Virus record (IMG/VR): IMGVR_UViG_3300045988_160394
Coordinates: 199,173 to 263,172 of that record
Direction: 5' to 3' (one strand)
Length of the DNA: 64,000 nt
Origin: a virus
Positions 24,114 to 35,736 of this stretch are shown here, piece by piece. The notes beneath the pieces were generated by a model, which was not told where the DNA came from, ran no database searches, and saw only the letters and a list, made by a program, of their open reading frames with translations. The translations under genes were made by a program, and so were the position numbers. How positions within the stretch are numbered: position 1 is the stretch's first letter; each line of letters begins with the position of its first letter.

Positions 24114-27044
24114 TTAGTTGCTTTCTTGTACAGAAACAGTGTTTCTAACTTCTTTGATTTCGTTATAAGGGATAACAACGTATTGTATCTTGATTATACC
24201 TAATCTAGCAGAAGCAGCATCTGTTACTATATTGAATTTGTAGTAGCTGATTAATGATTCTTTTAACTTATTTAACATAGATGTTATAGCTGTAGTCATA
24301 GAGTTTCTGTTAGCTAAGTTATCTTGTAATCCAATAAATGGTTGAATTACTTCTCTTAAACTAGCATCAACTATATTTATAACCTTAGCTGTAGATAATC
24401 TTCTGTAAGCAGAATCAACTGGTGCCATTGTTATACCATCTGTTATAACAGTACCATTAGTTGTATTCTTAACAGTAACTATACCTTTACCTGTTAATTG
24501 GCTTAATTGATAGTTTGATAATTCAAACGCTAAAGTTGGTAAGCTTATAGGTTGGTTAGTTGAAGATCTATCAGCTGCTAAAGTAGAAACCATACCAGCG
24601 TATCCAGCTGCACCATTAGATACATAGTTATATCCGTTACCAGTTGTAACTACATATTGCATGAATGGAACTGAGATTCTCATTCCTATTGGATGAGGCA
24701 TGTTATTGTTGTTTAACATGTTATTACCGTTAGGTCTCTTAGCATATAAGTCTAAGTCTAAAGATAATACTTCATTAACTCTTGCTGCTACTGTTGATAA
24801 GTTAACACCATTTAACTTAGCACATCCTATTATTCCGTGAGTTGGGAATGTTTTTAAAGATGTATAAGTACAGTGTTGAGCTAAATGTCTAGCAAAGTTA
24901 TCTGTAGTAGTGTAAGGAATATACATAGTAGTATCGTAGAAAGTATCTCCTTTATCCTTACCTGTACCTTTACAGCTAGCTCCAACTTCTTTATCTGGAG
25001 ATAAAGCTTTTGCTTTAAAGTATTCAGAGAATATTGGGTTTTCATTTAACTTGTCTACTAACTCTCCATAAGTCATCCATTGAGCTTCTGTTGAGAATAC
25101 TACAAGGTTTAATCCTGAAGCAAGATCTTCTACAAAACATATAGTATAATCTTCTTCTAATTCTTTATTAGCTATTTGAGATAATTCTGCTACAGGAGTG
25201 ATTACATTGTTTTCACCAGCAATATATACGTTAGCTATATCTCCATTAGTAGCTATTAAAGTTGTATGTTGAGGAACTTCTTTAACTGTTGCATTACCGT
25301 TTTTAGCTTGTACTAATTTAACATGGCTAGATGTTGATCCTAAAGTATCAGCTTGTAATGCTCTACCATCTTCTGATTGCATTAAAGCACTAGCTTCAGT
25401 TTCTACTAGTTTAACAGTTTCTCCTTTTTGAACTAAGAATAAACCGTCTTCTTTAGTAGATACAACTAACTTACCATTAACTACTTGCTTAATAGTAACA
25501 GTAGTAAAGTCTCCTTCTATTACGGCTACTAAAGTTCCTTCAGGGAATTTAGCACTATCCTCTTGTTCTTTTGTTATACTAACTATTCTTCTAGCTTTTA
25601 AATCAGTATCTATTGAGCTTAATATCTTATTTTGGTCTATGCCTTCTTCTATAGATTTAATTTCAATAGTACAGTCTTTAGCTTCTGAGAAGTCTTTGCT
25701 ATCTATTTTAGCTACTACTTCTATCATGTTAGAAAGATTTTCTTGTAAATTGAAAGTTCCTGCTTTTCTCTTTTTGAAAGCGTCTTTTCTAGGAAGTTTT
25801 CCATTTACTTTAGTTTCTGCATTAACCATACCAGTTAATACTGTATAGTTAGTTGAATGGTTTTCTAACATAGAATAAATACCATCCATTATACCAACTA
25901 CTCTATTAGGATCGTTAGACTCAGGTACAGCAACTTTGTAACCTCTAACTTCTCCATGAGTTCCTTTTAAAGCAACTACTTGAGCAGTTTGAGCGAAACC
26001 AGAACCTAATCTTTTGTATAAATCGAATTCATCTAATTCTACTTCTTCGTAATCCTTTTTATTCTTAACAGCTATTTTATCTATTACTCCAGATGGTTTT
26101 AACCAATCTCCTTGGATATCTGTAGCAATAGGCAATAAAGCACTTAAGTCATTACTTGATTTACCGAAGATAGGATAATCAGCTTTTACATCAGAGTTTA
26201 TAATTAACTCTTTCCAAACTGATTCTTGGTAATTAGAATGAGGTTTTTCATGAGCAGATAAAACATAATTTACATCAGTTTTAGTTTTAACTCCTTCTGC
26301 TGCATGATCTCTACCTATAGTATAAAGACCAGGGAACATTACACCTAAACATAAAGATTGAGCTTCTTTAGATGATGCAGTTACATCTCCACCTTCTTCA
26401 TTAACTATAGCTAATCTTATAACATTATTAGCTTCTAAGTTGTTAACGATATTAATAACGTCAACAAGTCTAGAATCTTTAGTTATACCATAGCCAGCTA
26501 ATTTTATTTCATTAACTAGTAATTCAGATTGGTTAAAAACTAATCCTTGGATTTTTTCTTTCATGTTAGATCTGTCGATAGGTTTGTATATTCTTATAAC
26601 TCCAGCATCACTATTTTGTGCTTGGTTAGCAGAGTAGTTTAAGAATACATCTTTGTTTAAGTTTGATGGGAATATACCGCTTACTCTTAACTTAAGTTTA
26701 GTTTCTGTAGCTAATTGATAGTCTTTGTAAATTTCTTTACCAGAAACTCTTATTGCGTATATTGTTCTACAACCTCTATCTCAAGCATCAAATATTTCAG
26801 CAACTAAAGTAGCTTCTCTTCTTGTTTTAGTATCAAATGAATCACCGAAAATATATTTCGCATGTTCAGGTGAAAAGATAGGAACTACTTTACCAACTGG
26901 ACCATTAAAAGCTGTACCTATTATAGTTACAGATTCAGTTGTATTGAATTTACTTGTGTCGTAATCCTGAGCATAATCAGGGATAATCTCAGTTATTACT
27001 CCAGGAAGGATAAGATCATTGTCAAATATTCCTGTGTTTGCCAT
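24114..27044 (-). CDS. Contractile tail sheath protein (976 aa with TGA 26781 decoded)
   Basis: Track ORFs 26781..27044 and 24114..26564 are in-frame, and the 72 intervening codons hold no TAA/TAG. The N-terminus is sheath-like: MANTGIFDNDLILPGVITEI...TIIGTAFNGPVGKVVPIFSPEHAKYIFGDS...LVAEIFDA(TGA)DRGCRTIYAIRVSG. Followed by tube genes. Confidence 0.8.
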
Positions 27045-27068
27045 TATAGCATTCCTCCTTGATTGTTT

Positions 27069-27749
27069 TTATTTTTTTTCAACAGTATCTCCGTATACTT
27101 CTATGTCATCTAGTCTTCTATTGAATATTACTCTTAATTTTTCTATTTTTACATAGTAACGAAGATTTCTTACTGATAAAGTTTCCCTAAAGTTATTATA
27201 TTCACTGTCCGTAACTTGTTCTTTAAAATATATCTCACTTACACCTTCTTTTTTTAAATAACCTGTATAATTTAATATTAATTCTTCAAAATCTTCCATT
27301 ATTTTATCGGCTATTATACTTTCTGTAGCAAAGATGTTAAATTGAACTATACAATCAAAGAACTGTCCAAAAACAGTACCCCCTCTTTGTTCATTATATT
27401 CATCACATTCATTAGTATTTTCTCTTACTATAGGCTTGTACTCATTTGAAGGTTTTCTACTAACTACTTTATACGATATATATGGATGATTGACTGGAAT
27501 TTCTGGATCAGTAATTTTTATTTGATGTTCATCATTTGTAAATACAACATCATCTTTTTTCATATCATAATCAACTATTGTTCCAATCATTCTTATACAA
27601 TCTATTAAACTAGCATTTTTATCTGCTCTTTGCATTTTCTTTGCTGTTCCACCATGAGGCAATTTACAATTATCTTCTTTTGGAGTTGTCTCTTCTAATC
27701 CATTTATACTATCTAAAGTATTAAGCATGCTTTCTAAATCGTCTCTCAT
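27069..27749 (-). CDS. Hypothetical structural protein (226 aa; neck/tail-completion position)
   Basis: Intact ORF with TAA stop. Tightly packed between structural genes, upstream of the sheath gene. Confidence 0.6.
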   Translation of the reverse strand: MRDDLESMLNTLDSINGLEETTPKEDNCKLPHGGTAKKMQRADKNASLIDCIRMIGTIVDYDMKKDDVVFTNDEHQIKITDPEIPVNHPYISYKVVSRKPSNEYKPIVRENTNECDEYNEQRGGTVFGQFFDCIVQFNIFATESIIADKIMEDFEELILNYTGYLKKEGVSEIYFKEQVTDSEYNNFRETLSVRNLRYYVKIEKLRVIFNRRLDDIEVYGDTVEKK

Positions 27750-27750
27750 T

Positions 27751-28812
27751 TTATACCGCCCCCATTATAATGTTTATATCTTCAATAGTTCCGTAAGGCA
27801 CTATACTATAATCAGCTATTATATATCCAGATGATTCATCAGTCTTTTTGAAAATAACTTTATTAACATGGTATTTTTTTATTAGCTTTCCTTTTAATCT
27901 ATTTAAGCTTTTTGTTATATCGTCTTTTATTTGCATAGATGTATATGGAGTAAATAATTTACCTTTGTATTTACTCATATCTATATTTTTTATAGTAAGC
28001 TTTATTACATCATCTACTAATGCATTAGAATATATATCGTGAGGTTCTTTAAAGTTAAAAGGATTTTCTAAAGTTACTTTATCTATATAAAAATTATATT
28101 TAAAATACATAGCTCTTAATCCTTTTACATCTATATTATCTATATTAAAAACAACTTTTAAATCATTTAATCCTCTAAAGTATTCTGCATAATTTCTTGT
28201 AGAATATAAACCAGCTAATAAAACATTTGAATATGGAATATCTTCTACATTGTTATAAACAAAGTTTAAGTTATTACCGTATTCTTTTAAAAAGCTTTTA
28301 TTCTTTATATTCATTGAAACTACAAAATCATTTTCTATATCACCCATCTCTGTTAGATAACTATCAAAGTTTTCGTATAGACTAGCATGCCTTTCTGTCA
28401 TTAAAATTGTAGTTAAGCTATTAACAGAAGCAAATTGTTTTAAAAAGTAATTTGCATAATATTCATTTGTATCTTCTATAGGGTTATAAAATTTATCACT
28501 TAAATAAATACCAATAGGTACTAAGAGATCAAAATCATAATGGATTAATTTATCTATAACTCTTATATAATCTGATTCGTAAAAGCAATTAGAAGTATAA
28601 ATATTATTAGCTCCCATATCAAACAATAAACAATAAGCTTTATATAATTCACTATTACCATATAGAGATAATGCTTCTTCTTTATTTTTAGGAAAAAGTA
28701 TTTCTCTATTTTTATAATCTGATGAAGCTTCGCCTAATAATATTACTTTTCTATCTTTATTAATATCAGTTGAAAACTTCTTTATATTTTGACTACTTAC
28801 GTTTATACTCAT
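27751..28812 (-). CDS. Hypothetical structural protein (353 aa)
   Basis: Intact ORF with TAA stop. Its start overlaps the upstream gene's end by 20 nt. Confidence 0.6.
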   Translation of the reverse strand: MSINVSSQNIKKFSTDINKDRKVILLGEASSDYKNREILFPKNKEEALSLYGNSELYKAYCLLFDMGANNIYTSNCFYESDYIRVIDKLIHYDFDLLVPIGIYLSDKFYNPIEDTNEYYANYFLKQFASVNSLTTILMTERHASLYENFDSYLTEMGDIENDFVVSMNIKNKSFLKEYGNNLNFVYNNVEDIPYSNVLLAGLYSTRNYAEYFRGLNDLKVVFNIDNIDVKGLRAMYFKYNFYIDKVTLENPFNFKEPHDIYSNALVDDVIKLTIKNIDMSKYKGKLFTPYTSMQIKDDITKSLNRLKGKLIKKYHVNKVIFKKTDESSGYIIADYSIVPYGTIEDINIIMGAV

Positions 28813-29245
28813 GAATTATCTCCTTAAAGTTTTTAATTATTTGCTTATTATTATTCTTTTGAGATGGGCATACGCATCTAGTAAATTTAAATTCTCCATT
28901 AAGTCCTCTATGGAATTGTATAGCATATACTCTATACATATTTTCTCTATCTATTATTAAGTCGTCTTTTTCTATAAATAATTTATTTTTTATATAAAAT
29001 ATCTTAGGAGTAACAGTAGGGAACTCAGCTCTTAAAGCTTCGAATTCCCTAGACTCTCTAGATGTTCCTTCTACTTGAAATATCTTTATTTTATAGCCTA
29101 AACCTAAACAACTTTTACATGTAAGCTTAGGTTGTTTTGTTACAGGATCAACGCATTTGCATTTAATATTGCCTATTTTCTTCACTATTCAAAATTTATA
29201 TTTTCAACTATCTATTACTTCTTGTGCAAAACTATGGTCAATCAT
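28793..29245 (-). CDS. Hypothetical 150-aa protein with Cys-rich (zinc-ribbon-like) N-terminal region
   Basis: ATG 29243-29245 lies 8 nt after AAGGAG. Two in-frame TGA (29204, 29189) precede track ORF 28793..29185. Motif CKCVDPVTKQPKLTCKSCLGLG; TAG stop. Confidence 0.6.
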
Positions 29246-29247
29246 AT

Positions 29248-29991
29248 TTAAAATCTCCTTCCAAATCTGCTAGAGAAATTATTGTACAAACGATTATATC
29301 CATCCATACCATTTGGTCTATAATAAGGAGCTCCTAAGTTTATATCTACAGGCATAGCTGTTCTTCCTCTAAGAGCAAATACTGGATCAGCAAATGTCAT
29401 TAATCTATTTAAGATATCTTCAAAATCTTTTTTAAATCTATCTAATAAGTCTTTTATAGCTGATAAATTATACTGAAATTCTTTAGACAAATCTGATAAA
29501 ACTTCTTTAACCTTTTCAGGTTTAGTTACCATGCATATATATAAAGTACTTAAAGCTTCATAACAAGTTTTATATATTACAAAATGCCAAACTAAACTAT
29601 GTGTATTTTTTAATTCTTCTACATTATCTCTTAATATTAATAAGTCTTCTTTTGAAAAATGTACGTTCTGTTTCTCATAAGCTTTTTGTACTATTACCTC
29701 TACTAATCTAGAAGCTTCTTTTAAATGATATAATATTACTTCATCATTTATATCTATATCTCCTAGTTTATTTTTTATATCATCTATAGATGCATACATA
29801 ATACTAGGTTTAGAAATGTATTTTATTTTTTGAGCTTTTAAGAAAGTACCATTAGTAGCATATATGTTAGGTAATTTAAATTCATATACACTATTATCAT
29901 CAAAGTCTTTTAAATGGAATGGTTTTATAATTAACACATTAGGCTCTATTTCGTCTACAGATATACTACAGCTTACTCTTTCTCTATTCAT
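29248..29991 (-). CDS. Hypothetical head-tail connector-position protein (247 aa)
   Basis: Intact ORF with RBS GGAGTG and TAA stop. Its start overlaps the upstream stop (TAATG). Confidence 0.6.
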   Translation of the reverse strand: MNRERVSCSISVDEIEPNVLIIKPFHLKDFDDNSVYEFKLPNIYATNGTFLKAQKIKYISKPSIMYASIDDIKNKLGDIDINDEVILYHLKEASRLVEVIVQKAYEKQNVHFSKEDLLILRDNVEELKNTHSLVWHFVIYKTCYEALSTLYICMVTKPEKVKEVLSDLSKEFQYNLSAIKDLLDRFKKDFEDILNRLMTFADPVFALRGRTAMPVDINLGAPYYRPNGMDGYNRLYNNFSSRFGRRF

Positions 29992-30920
29992 TAAAAATCA
30001 CTCCTATACGCTATAATCTTTTCAGGTAGTTTACTTGCATCTATATCTAAATTAAACTCTATATAAAATTCAGGATATGTTTCACCATTTTGGCTTCTTG
30101 AAACTATTTTAAGTTCTGTTTCGTCTTCTAAGAAAAATTCTACTGGAGCTAATACTTCTTCTAAATAATCTTTTTCAGCTTCAGTTAAAATATTGTTTTC
30201 ACAATCTTTTCCGTTAGGTACTACAGAAAAAGTTATAGTATCACTTCAATCTCCATCCATATCTTCTTTTTCTTTTACTCTGGCTCTCATGTAATATTGA
30301 CCATTATCTAATTGAATTAATCCATCTGTAAATTTAGAAACATAAGATTGAACTATATCAAAAAAAGCTACATCAGAAGCAAATTGGAATTCATATTGTA
30401 TCCCTGATTCGCTTTCTAATATAGCTTCTTTCATATTAGAATCCCTTAGTTTAGAGTTATAAGTTGGCAGACTTATAATATCTTTTAACTCTGTATTTGG
30501 TTTAACTGTAATAGTTCCATCTTCATTAATTCTATTAATTGAAAAATAAAATAAATTATGTTCTGTTAACACGGCTTCATTATTTACAGGTGATGTTATA
30601 ACAGCTTTATATTTAGAATCTGCTGAAAACTTTATATCTTTAGATATGTTATTAGTTAATTCACGTCCTAACATATCTTTAATGTCTTTAACATTAATTT
30701 GATAAAAGCCTTCAAGATTTGGTCATTCTTTTAAAGTTATTATTATTTTATTATCATCAACAGATAACTTATATATTACAACGGTGCCAGATGATGCATC
30801 TACAACATTAACATTCTTCTTATTTACTGTTTCAGGATTGACAGTAAAATTAGTTAATATAGTGATTTTCTTGTTAGTATATTCTCCATATATACTAGTA
30901 ACATTAAAAATGCTTTGCAT
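29991..30920 (-). CDS. Hypothetical structural protein (309 aa with TGA 30723 and 30246 decoded)
   Basis: Track ORFs 30723..30920 and 30246..30674 plus 85 further codons are one frame ending at TAA 29991. ATG 30918-30920 lies behind GAGGTGA. Confidence 0.65.
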
Positions 30921-30941
30921 TATCTATCACCTCATATTTTA

Positions 30942-31331
30942 TTATTTAGTTGTTTCTGTTTCTTCTACTTTTTTAGTAGATTTCTTTTTAGTAGTTTTTT
31001 TAGCTGGTTTCTTTTCTTCTTCAACTACTTCTTTTTCTTCTGGTTCCACTACTGGAACTTCTTCTTTTACTTCTTCAACAACAGGTTCTTCAATGACCTC
31101 TCTTACTGGTTCTTCACTTACAACAGGATTAGATTGAACTTCATTGTAATCAAGTTCACCTTCTACCACATAGATTAATTTATGAGATATACCTATTTTA
31201 ATATTAGTTGTGTTTGCTCCTTCATAAATAAGAGCTTCTGGTCTAGTAATTGTAAGGTGTGTATTAGTAAGAGGGTCATACCATCCTGGATTACCTGCTG
31301 ATATTTTTATTCTAGCTATTGGTGCTCTCAT
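30942..31331 (-). CDS. Hypothetical 129-aa protein with E/K/V-rich C-terminal tail (capsid-module position)
   Basis: Intact ORF immediately downstream of the capsid gene. Low-complexity tail EEPVVEEVKEEVPVVEPEEKEVVEEEKKPAKKTTKKK. Confidence 0.55.
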   Translation of the reverse strand: MRAPIARIKISAGNPGWYDPLTNTHLTITRPEALIYEGANTTNIKIGISHKLIYVVEGELDYNEVQSNPVVSEEPVREVIEEPVVEEVKEEVPVVEPEEKEVVEEEKKPAKKTTKKKSTKKVEETETTK

Positions 31332-31382
31332 GTGGTACGACCTCCTTTATAATTTATTCTTTTATTTAATTTTTAAACTATA

Positions 31383-32609
31383 CTATTTTGTAGCTGGTGT
31401 ATTAGTTATATTGATAACTGGAGCAGCTGGGTATGATGGAGCTACAGCTATGTTTCTAGCAACAGTGATTGCTCTACCATTATTTAAGATACCTATTCCA
31501 TATCTTTCTTTAGCTTTTAAAGATCTGATATCTTTTTCTGGTTCTGTCCAGTTTCCGTTTGATAAACCTTCTCTTTGAGCGATTATACCTACTTCTGAAC
31601 TATCTAATACATACATATCAAATCTCTTTGTAAGTTTATCAAAGTTTACCCATGGTGAGAAGTTTATAGATAGAGGTACAGGTAATCTGTTTTGAACTTG
31701 TTCTGGCTTCATTATCATTTTTTGACCATTACCGTTATTAGCCATACCAAATGCAGCTGGTGTTCCTTGGATTCCTCCGTTAGGATGAACGTTATTTCCA
31801 CCTAAAGCACCGAAAGTTAATCCGTTACCTATCATTGAGTTTCTTGCGAAGATAACCCAAGTTAATGGATGCATGATAACATCTGTTGGGTTATATCCAT
31901 TACCCATTAATGCTAATGTTAAATCTAAGAAGTCTTCTACTGATAAAGTATCATTGTAGTTACCATCTTTACCAAGTCCAGTTGTTCCTGCTGCTGGGAT
32001 TATTCCTCTCTTAGCATTATCGAAAACAACATGTCCATGTGTAGAGAATGCATTAAATATTAATTCTTCTTTATATCTAGCCATTGCTCTACCCATTTTT
32101 CTTAAGTTGATTCCTAAGATATCCCATGAGCTATCAGCTATAGCTTCTTCTGTTATAGAAACTTTAACTCCGATCTTTTTAACTCTTACTTCTAGAGTAG
32201 CGTTTTCTAGTGTAGTTTGATCGAATCCAGTTTCTTTGTATCTAGTACCTTCTCCAACTTCGTATGCTGTTACTTCCCCAACTATCGGAATAACATATAC
32301 TGCTGAACTTCCTCCGTCAACTTTTACAGTTTGGAAGAACTTAGTTCCTAAATACTCAGGCTCAGCTGCTTCTCTTAATTTACCTTCTATAACTTTTGGG
32401 ATTAATTTAACAGCGTCAGTACTTGAGATTGCTTCTTTTATAGATGCTCTTCCTTTGCTGAAATCTCCGTATAAGTTTCTAGTCATGTTTTCAACTAAAT
32501 CTATAGCTTCTTCAGTTATATTAACTGTTTTCTTATCTTTTTTAGCTAATGCTACTTGTTCTTTTAACTCATTAAGTTGCATTAGAGTTTCTTGTAATTG
32601 AATACTCAT
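31383..32609 (-). CDS. Major capsid protein, HK97-fold type (408 aa)
   Basis: Its position follows the protease/scaffold gene. The sequence pattern is typical of the Phage_capsid family: VYVIPIVGEVTAYEVGEGTRYKETGFDQTTLENATLEVRVKKIGVKVSITEEAIADSSWDILGINLRKMGRAMARYKEELIFNAF. Coiled-coil N-terminal segment; no TGA. Confidence 0.8.
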   Translation of the reverse strand: MSIQLQETLMQLNELKEQVALAKKDKKTVNITEEAIDLVENMTRNLYGDFSKGRASIKEAISSTDAVKLIPKVIEGKLREAAEPEYLGTKFFQTVKVDGGSSAVYVIPIVGEVTAYEVGEGTRYKETGFDQTTLENATLEVRVKKIGVKVSITEEAIADSSWDILGINLRKMGRAMARYKEELIFNAFSTHGHVVFDNAKRGIIPAAGTTGLGKDGNYNDTLSVEDFLDLTLALMGNGYNPTDVIMHPLTWVIFARNSMIGNGLTFGALGGNNVHPNGGIQGTPAAFGMANNGNGQKMIMKPEQVQNRLPVPLSINFSPWVNFDKLTKRFDMYVLDSSEVGIIAQREGLSNGNWTEPEKDIRSLKAKERYGIGILNNGRAITVARNIAVAPSYPAAPVINITNTPATK

Positions 32610-32652
32610 TATTCAAATTCCTCCTCAAAGAATCTTATTTTCTATTTTTTTT

Positions 32653-32675
32653 GAGGGAGCTTTTTAAACTCCCTC
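32653..32675 (-). promoter_or_regulatory. GC-rich hairpin in the 115-nt spacer upstream of the capsid gene
   Basis: GAGGGAG-(9 nt)-CTCCCTC. On the minus RNA it is followed by an A-run, so it is not a classic terminator. It may be a processing or stability element. Confidence 0.3.
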
Positions 32676-32724
32676 TTTCTATTTTTTATTATATAAAAGA
32701 TATACCAATAATTTTCACAATTGA

Positions 32725-34188
32725 TTAAAGTTGTAATAAGATTGATGCAGTACCTACACATCCATCCCAGTCTACCATAGTTGGCATACCAGCTATTAAA
32801 CCTTTTTTCTTATAAGATATATTTACTGGTTGAGCTTGTCCATCTCCGCCACCTCTTGTTTGCTTAATAGCAAATAATCCTTTATGCATATCAGCATAAA
32901 CTACTGTAAATTGTGCTGAACCTACTGTAATAGTAGCATTATCTGTAATAGATACAGCATCTCCTGAACCTATTTTAACTTTAGCTGATTCTAAAGCTGT
33001 ATCAGGTAATCTTAAGATCATTTCATCTTCTGAAGCTTCTTTACCAACAATAACATGGCTTATAGTTAAAGTTTCACCTTTTCCTAATTCTTGAGCAGCG
33101 TGGTTTCCACCATCCATAAGTCCTGGAATACCTCTGTCTAATCTCATAGCTTCGTCTAATCTTGGATCAAATGCACCTTCTCTTGATGAAGCTAACATGT
33201 GTAAATCATTAGAAATGTAGTTCTTATCGTAAGGATATCCTGGATAAGTAAAGTCTGATTGATAAGCAGTTGGAGGATTAGTTACGAAATCTTCTCCAGC
33301 TCTTCCTGAATTAGGCCAGATTTGTGGATTGAAGTCGCTGAAGTTTCTTCTATCTTCTAAGCTCCATTGAGCAAATCTAGCAGCACCTTCTGGTAATAAT
33401 GATTTATCAGTTGCGTAAACTGTTCCTATAACTTGTTGTCTTTCTGCTTCTATTTCAGCAGCTGTCATATCTGCCATTCCTTTTGGTTTGTTATCTTTAG
33501 GGAAAGATAAAGGTGAGATAGTTATTCTACCATTAGCGTCAGCTTTTAATTTGTGTCCTGGTTTTAATTCTCCATATACACATCCCCATGGGTTTCCTTC
33601 TGCTTTATCTTTTTGTTCGAACCATGGTAAATCAACTAATTTATCTGTCCAGATTGGTCCTGGCATGATACCATTGAATGCATCTGCATTTCTAGTATAT
33701 TCGTTTCTTCCTAACATACCTAATGGTAAGTTAGCATCTCTTAATGTTTCAGGTTTACTTTGGTCTTTACCGTTTAAAGTATTAACTTGGAAAGTATCTT
33801 CTACTTCTTTCCATGTGTTACCTTCTTGTAATTCTACTACTTTACCACCGTTTGCTAAAGTAACAGCATTGAAGAAGTGTTGAGTTTCAGTATCCATTAC
33901 AGTTAAGTGTGGATCAGCAGCTACTATTCTTCCTTTTGGAATTACAATTTGGTTATATCCGTATGCCCATCCATATCTGAATAATGGTTTTAATCTTGGG
34001 TCCATAACGTATTTAATATTTAACGTATCATGTTCACTCACAATTAATGAGTTATTAGTTCTATTTATTCTTTGGTCGTCGGTTCTATGTCCTGGTATAC
34101 CGTTATTTTGGAACATGTCCCCTCTTGCACCAGGTTGTAATACCTCTCTTGATGAGAAGCTATATGGTTGTAATGCCATTGTATTCAC
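32725..34188 (-). CDS. Hypothetical capsid-module protein (487 aa)
   Basis: Intact ORF between the protease/scaffold and major capsid genes. TAA stop, no TGA, no family recognised by eye. Confidence 0.6.
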   Translation of the reverse strand: MNTMALQPYSFSSREVLQPGARGDMFQNNGIPGHRTDDQRINRTNNSLIVSEHDTLNIKYVMDPRLKPLFRYGWAYGYNQIVIPKGRIVAADPHLTVMDTETQHFFNAVTLANGGKVVELQEGNTWKEVEDTFQVNTLNGKDQSKPETLRDANLPLGMLGRNEYTRNADAFNGIMPGPIWTDKLVDLPWFEQKDKAEGNPWGCVYGELKPGHKLKADANGRITISPLSFPKDNKPKGMADMTAAEIEAERQQVIGTVYATDKSLLPEGAARFAQWSLEDRRNFSDFNPQIWPNSGRAGEDFVTNPPTAYQSDFTYPGYPYDKNYISNDLHMLASSREGAFDPRLDEAMRLDRGIPGLMDGGNHAAQELGKGETLTISHVIVGKEASEDEMILRLPDTALESAKVKIGSGDAVSITDNATITVGSAQFTVVYADMHKGLFAIKQTRGGGDGQAQPVNISYKKKGLIAGMPTMVDWDGCVGTASILLQL

Positions 34189-34284
34189 TCCTTGTATTTA
34201 ATTTCTTTTTAATGATTTCTTATTTTAGTATATTCATACATTTGAAAATATTATCTTTTCGTTGCTTTTATTATATTAAAGAGA

Positions 34285-35736
34285 TTATTCTAGACCAAAT
34301 ATGTTACCTAATTTAGCTTTAAAGTCTACGCTCTCTTTTAAGTTTCTTGCAGCAGTAGTTGATCCTGAATCAACAATAGTATTATCTCTTTCATCAGATA
34401 CACTTACAGGAGATTCTATTACACTCATTTGTCTAATAGCATTTAAATTAGATTCTTTACATTCTGTATAAGTTTTTAAACTAACTTGTAAAGACTCAAC
34501 TGAACTCTCCATTAAAGATGCTACATCTTGAGCTTTTAATCCAATATCAGTTCTAAGCTTATTAACTCTTTCTACTAGGTCAACTTTTCTTTCTTGTTGT
34601 ACTTTTACTAATTCTACTTCAGCAGATTCTTTTAATTTCTTTTCTACTTCTACAGATTTCTTTAATGAAGCATTTTCTGCTTTTAATTTCTCTATTTCAG
34701 CTTTTAACTCTTTTATTTCATTTCCTTCTGTCTTTTTGTCTTTACCTTCGTTAGTTTTATCGTCGTTTACTTCGCCTTCTTTAGAACCTTCATCTGATTT
34801 AGGATCTTCTTTTGGTTTTTCTTCTCCTTCATCGTTCTTAGGATTCTTTTCATCATCTTTTTGTTCAGGAGTTTCTTCAGGCTTTTGCTCAGGATCTTTC
34901 TTTCCTTCTTCACCTTCAGTTTCACCTTCTTCTTTTCCTTGCTTATTTTCTTCTTCAATTTTTCCAGTTTGATTTGCGTTTTCTCCATCTTTTACTTCTT
35001 CATCTAAAGGAGAACCTTCTGCGATAGCAGCTTTAGTTGATTCTATTAAATCAGCAAATATATTATTTGTTCCAAATGCCATTGATTCATTCACCTCATT
35101 ATTTTTATTTTTTTTAACAGCTGGGTATACTCTAGTACTATGAGCATATATATCAGATGGTACAATTACGAAAGATAATTCTTTAGGTTCAATTCTTTTT
35201 ACTATCCAATAACATCTTTTGCCATCATATATTTCACCTTTAGAATGTTCGCATAGTCCTTCTTCTACCAAATTCCTATTACAAATAGAACATCTTATAT
35301 CATGAGCTATAGCTCCTATAGATACAGTAGCTAATGTTCCATTTTTAATTCCTGTTTTACCTTCTTCGTCTCCTATATTAGTAACAAATTCAAGAGCAGC
35401 TGTTCCACTTCTTTCACTCTTACTAATATAATTAGCACTTTTAATTCTACCTATTATCTTTCCATCTCTTTCATTATGATGCATTATTACTGGTCTTTCA
35501 TAAGGAGATGTCCAATAAGGTACTGATTCTTTTAAACAGTCTGGTGCATAATAAGTATCATTTCTGGTTATAATAGAATGGATTCCTTCTATATCTACCA
35601 TCAACGAATTCTCATCTATATAAGTTTGTGTATAGCCCTCGGATAACAAAGCAATTTCGTTATCCTTGGACTTTACATTTAAAGCTACAGCACCGACATA
35701 TTCTTTTAATTCAAATGCCATACTATGCTTTTTCAC
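34285..35736 (-). CDS. Prohead protease fused to acidic/coiled-coil scaffold-like domain (483 aa)
   Basis: Lies immediately after the portal gene. N-terminal block RPVIMHHNERDGKIIGRI resembles the prohead serine protease family. It is followed by a very acidic K/E-rich stretch and then a heptad-like C-terminus (ELKAEIEKLKAENASLKK). Confidence 0.65.
   Translation of the reverse strand: MKKHSMAFELKEYVGAVALNVKSKDNEIALLSEGYTQTYIDENSLMVDIEGIHSIITRNDTYYAPDCLKESVPYWTSPYERPVIMHHNERDGKIIGRIKSANYISKSERSGTAALEFVTNIGDEEGKTGIKNGTLATVSIGAIAHDIRCSICNRNLVEEGLCEHSKGEIYDGKRCYWIVKRIEPKELSFVIVPSDIYAHSTRVYPAVKKNKNNEVNESMAFGTNNIFADLIESTKAAIAEGSPLDEEVKDGENANQTGKIEEENKQGKEEGETEGEEGKKDPEQKPEETPEQKDDEKNPKNDEGEEKPKEDPKSDEGSKEGEVNDDKTNEGKDKKTEGNEIKELKAEIEKLKAENASLKKSVEVEKKLKESAEVELVKVQQERKVDLVERVNKLRTDIGLKAQDVASLMESSVESLQVSLKTYTECKESNLNAIRQMSVIESPVSVSDERDNTIVDSGSTTAARNLKESVDFKAKLGNIFGLE

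Noticed and set aside
34767-34988. 73-aa K-rich minus-strand track ORF
   Set aside because: It is an alternative frame of the acidic, K/E-rich low-complexity part of the protease/scaffold gene 34285..35736. It is a frame artefact.
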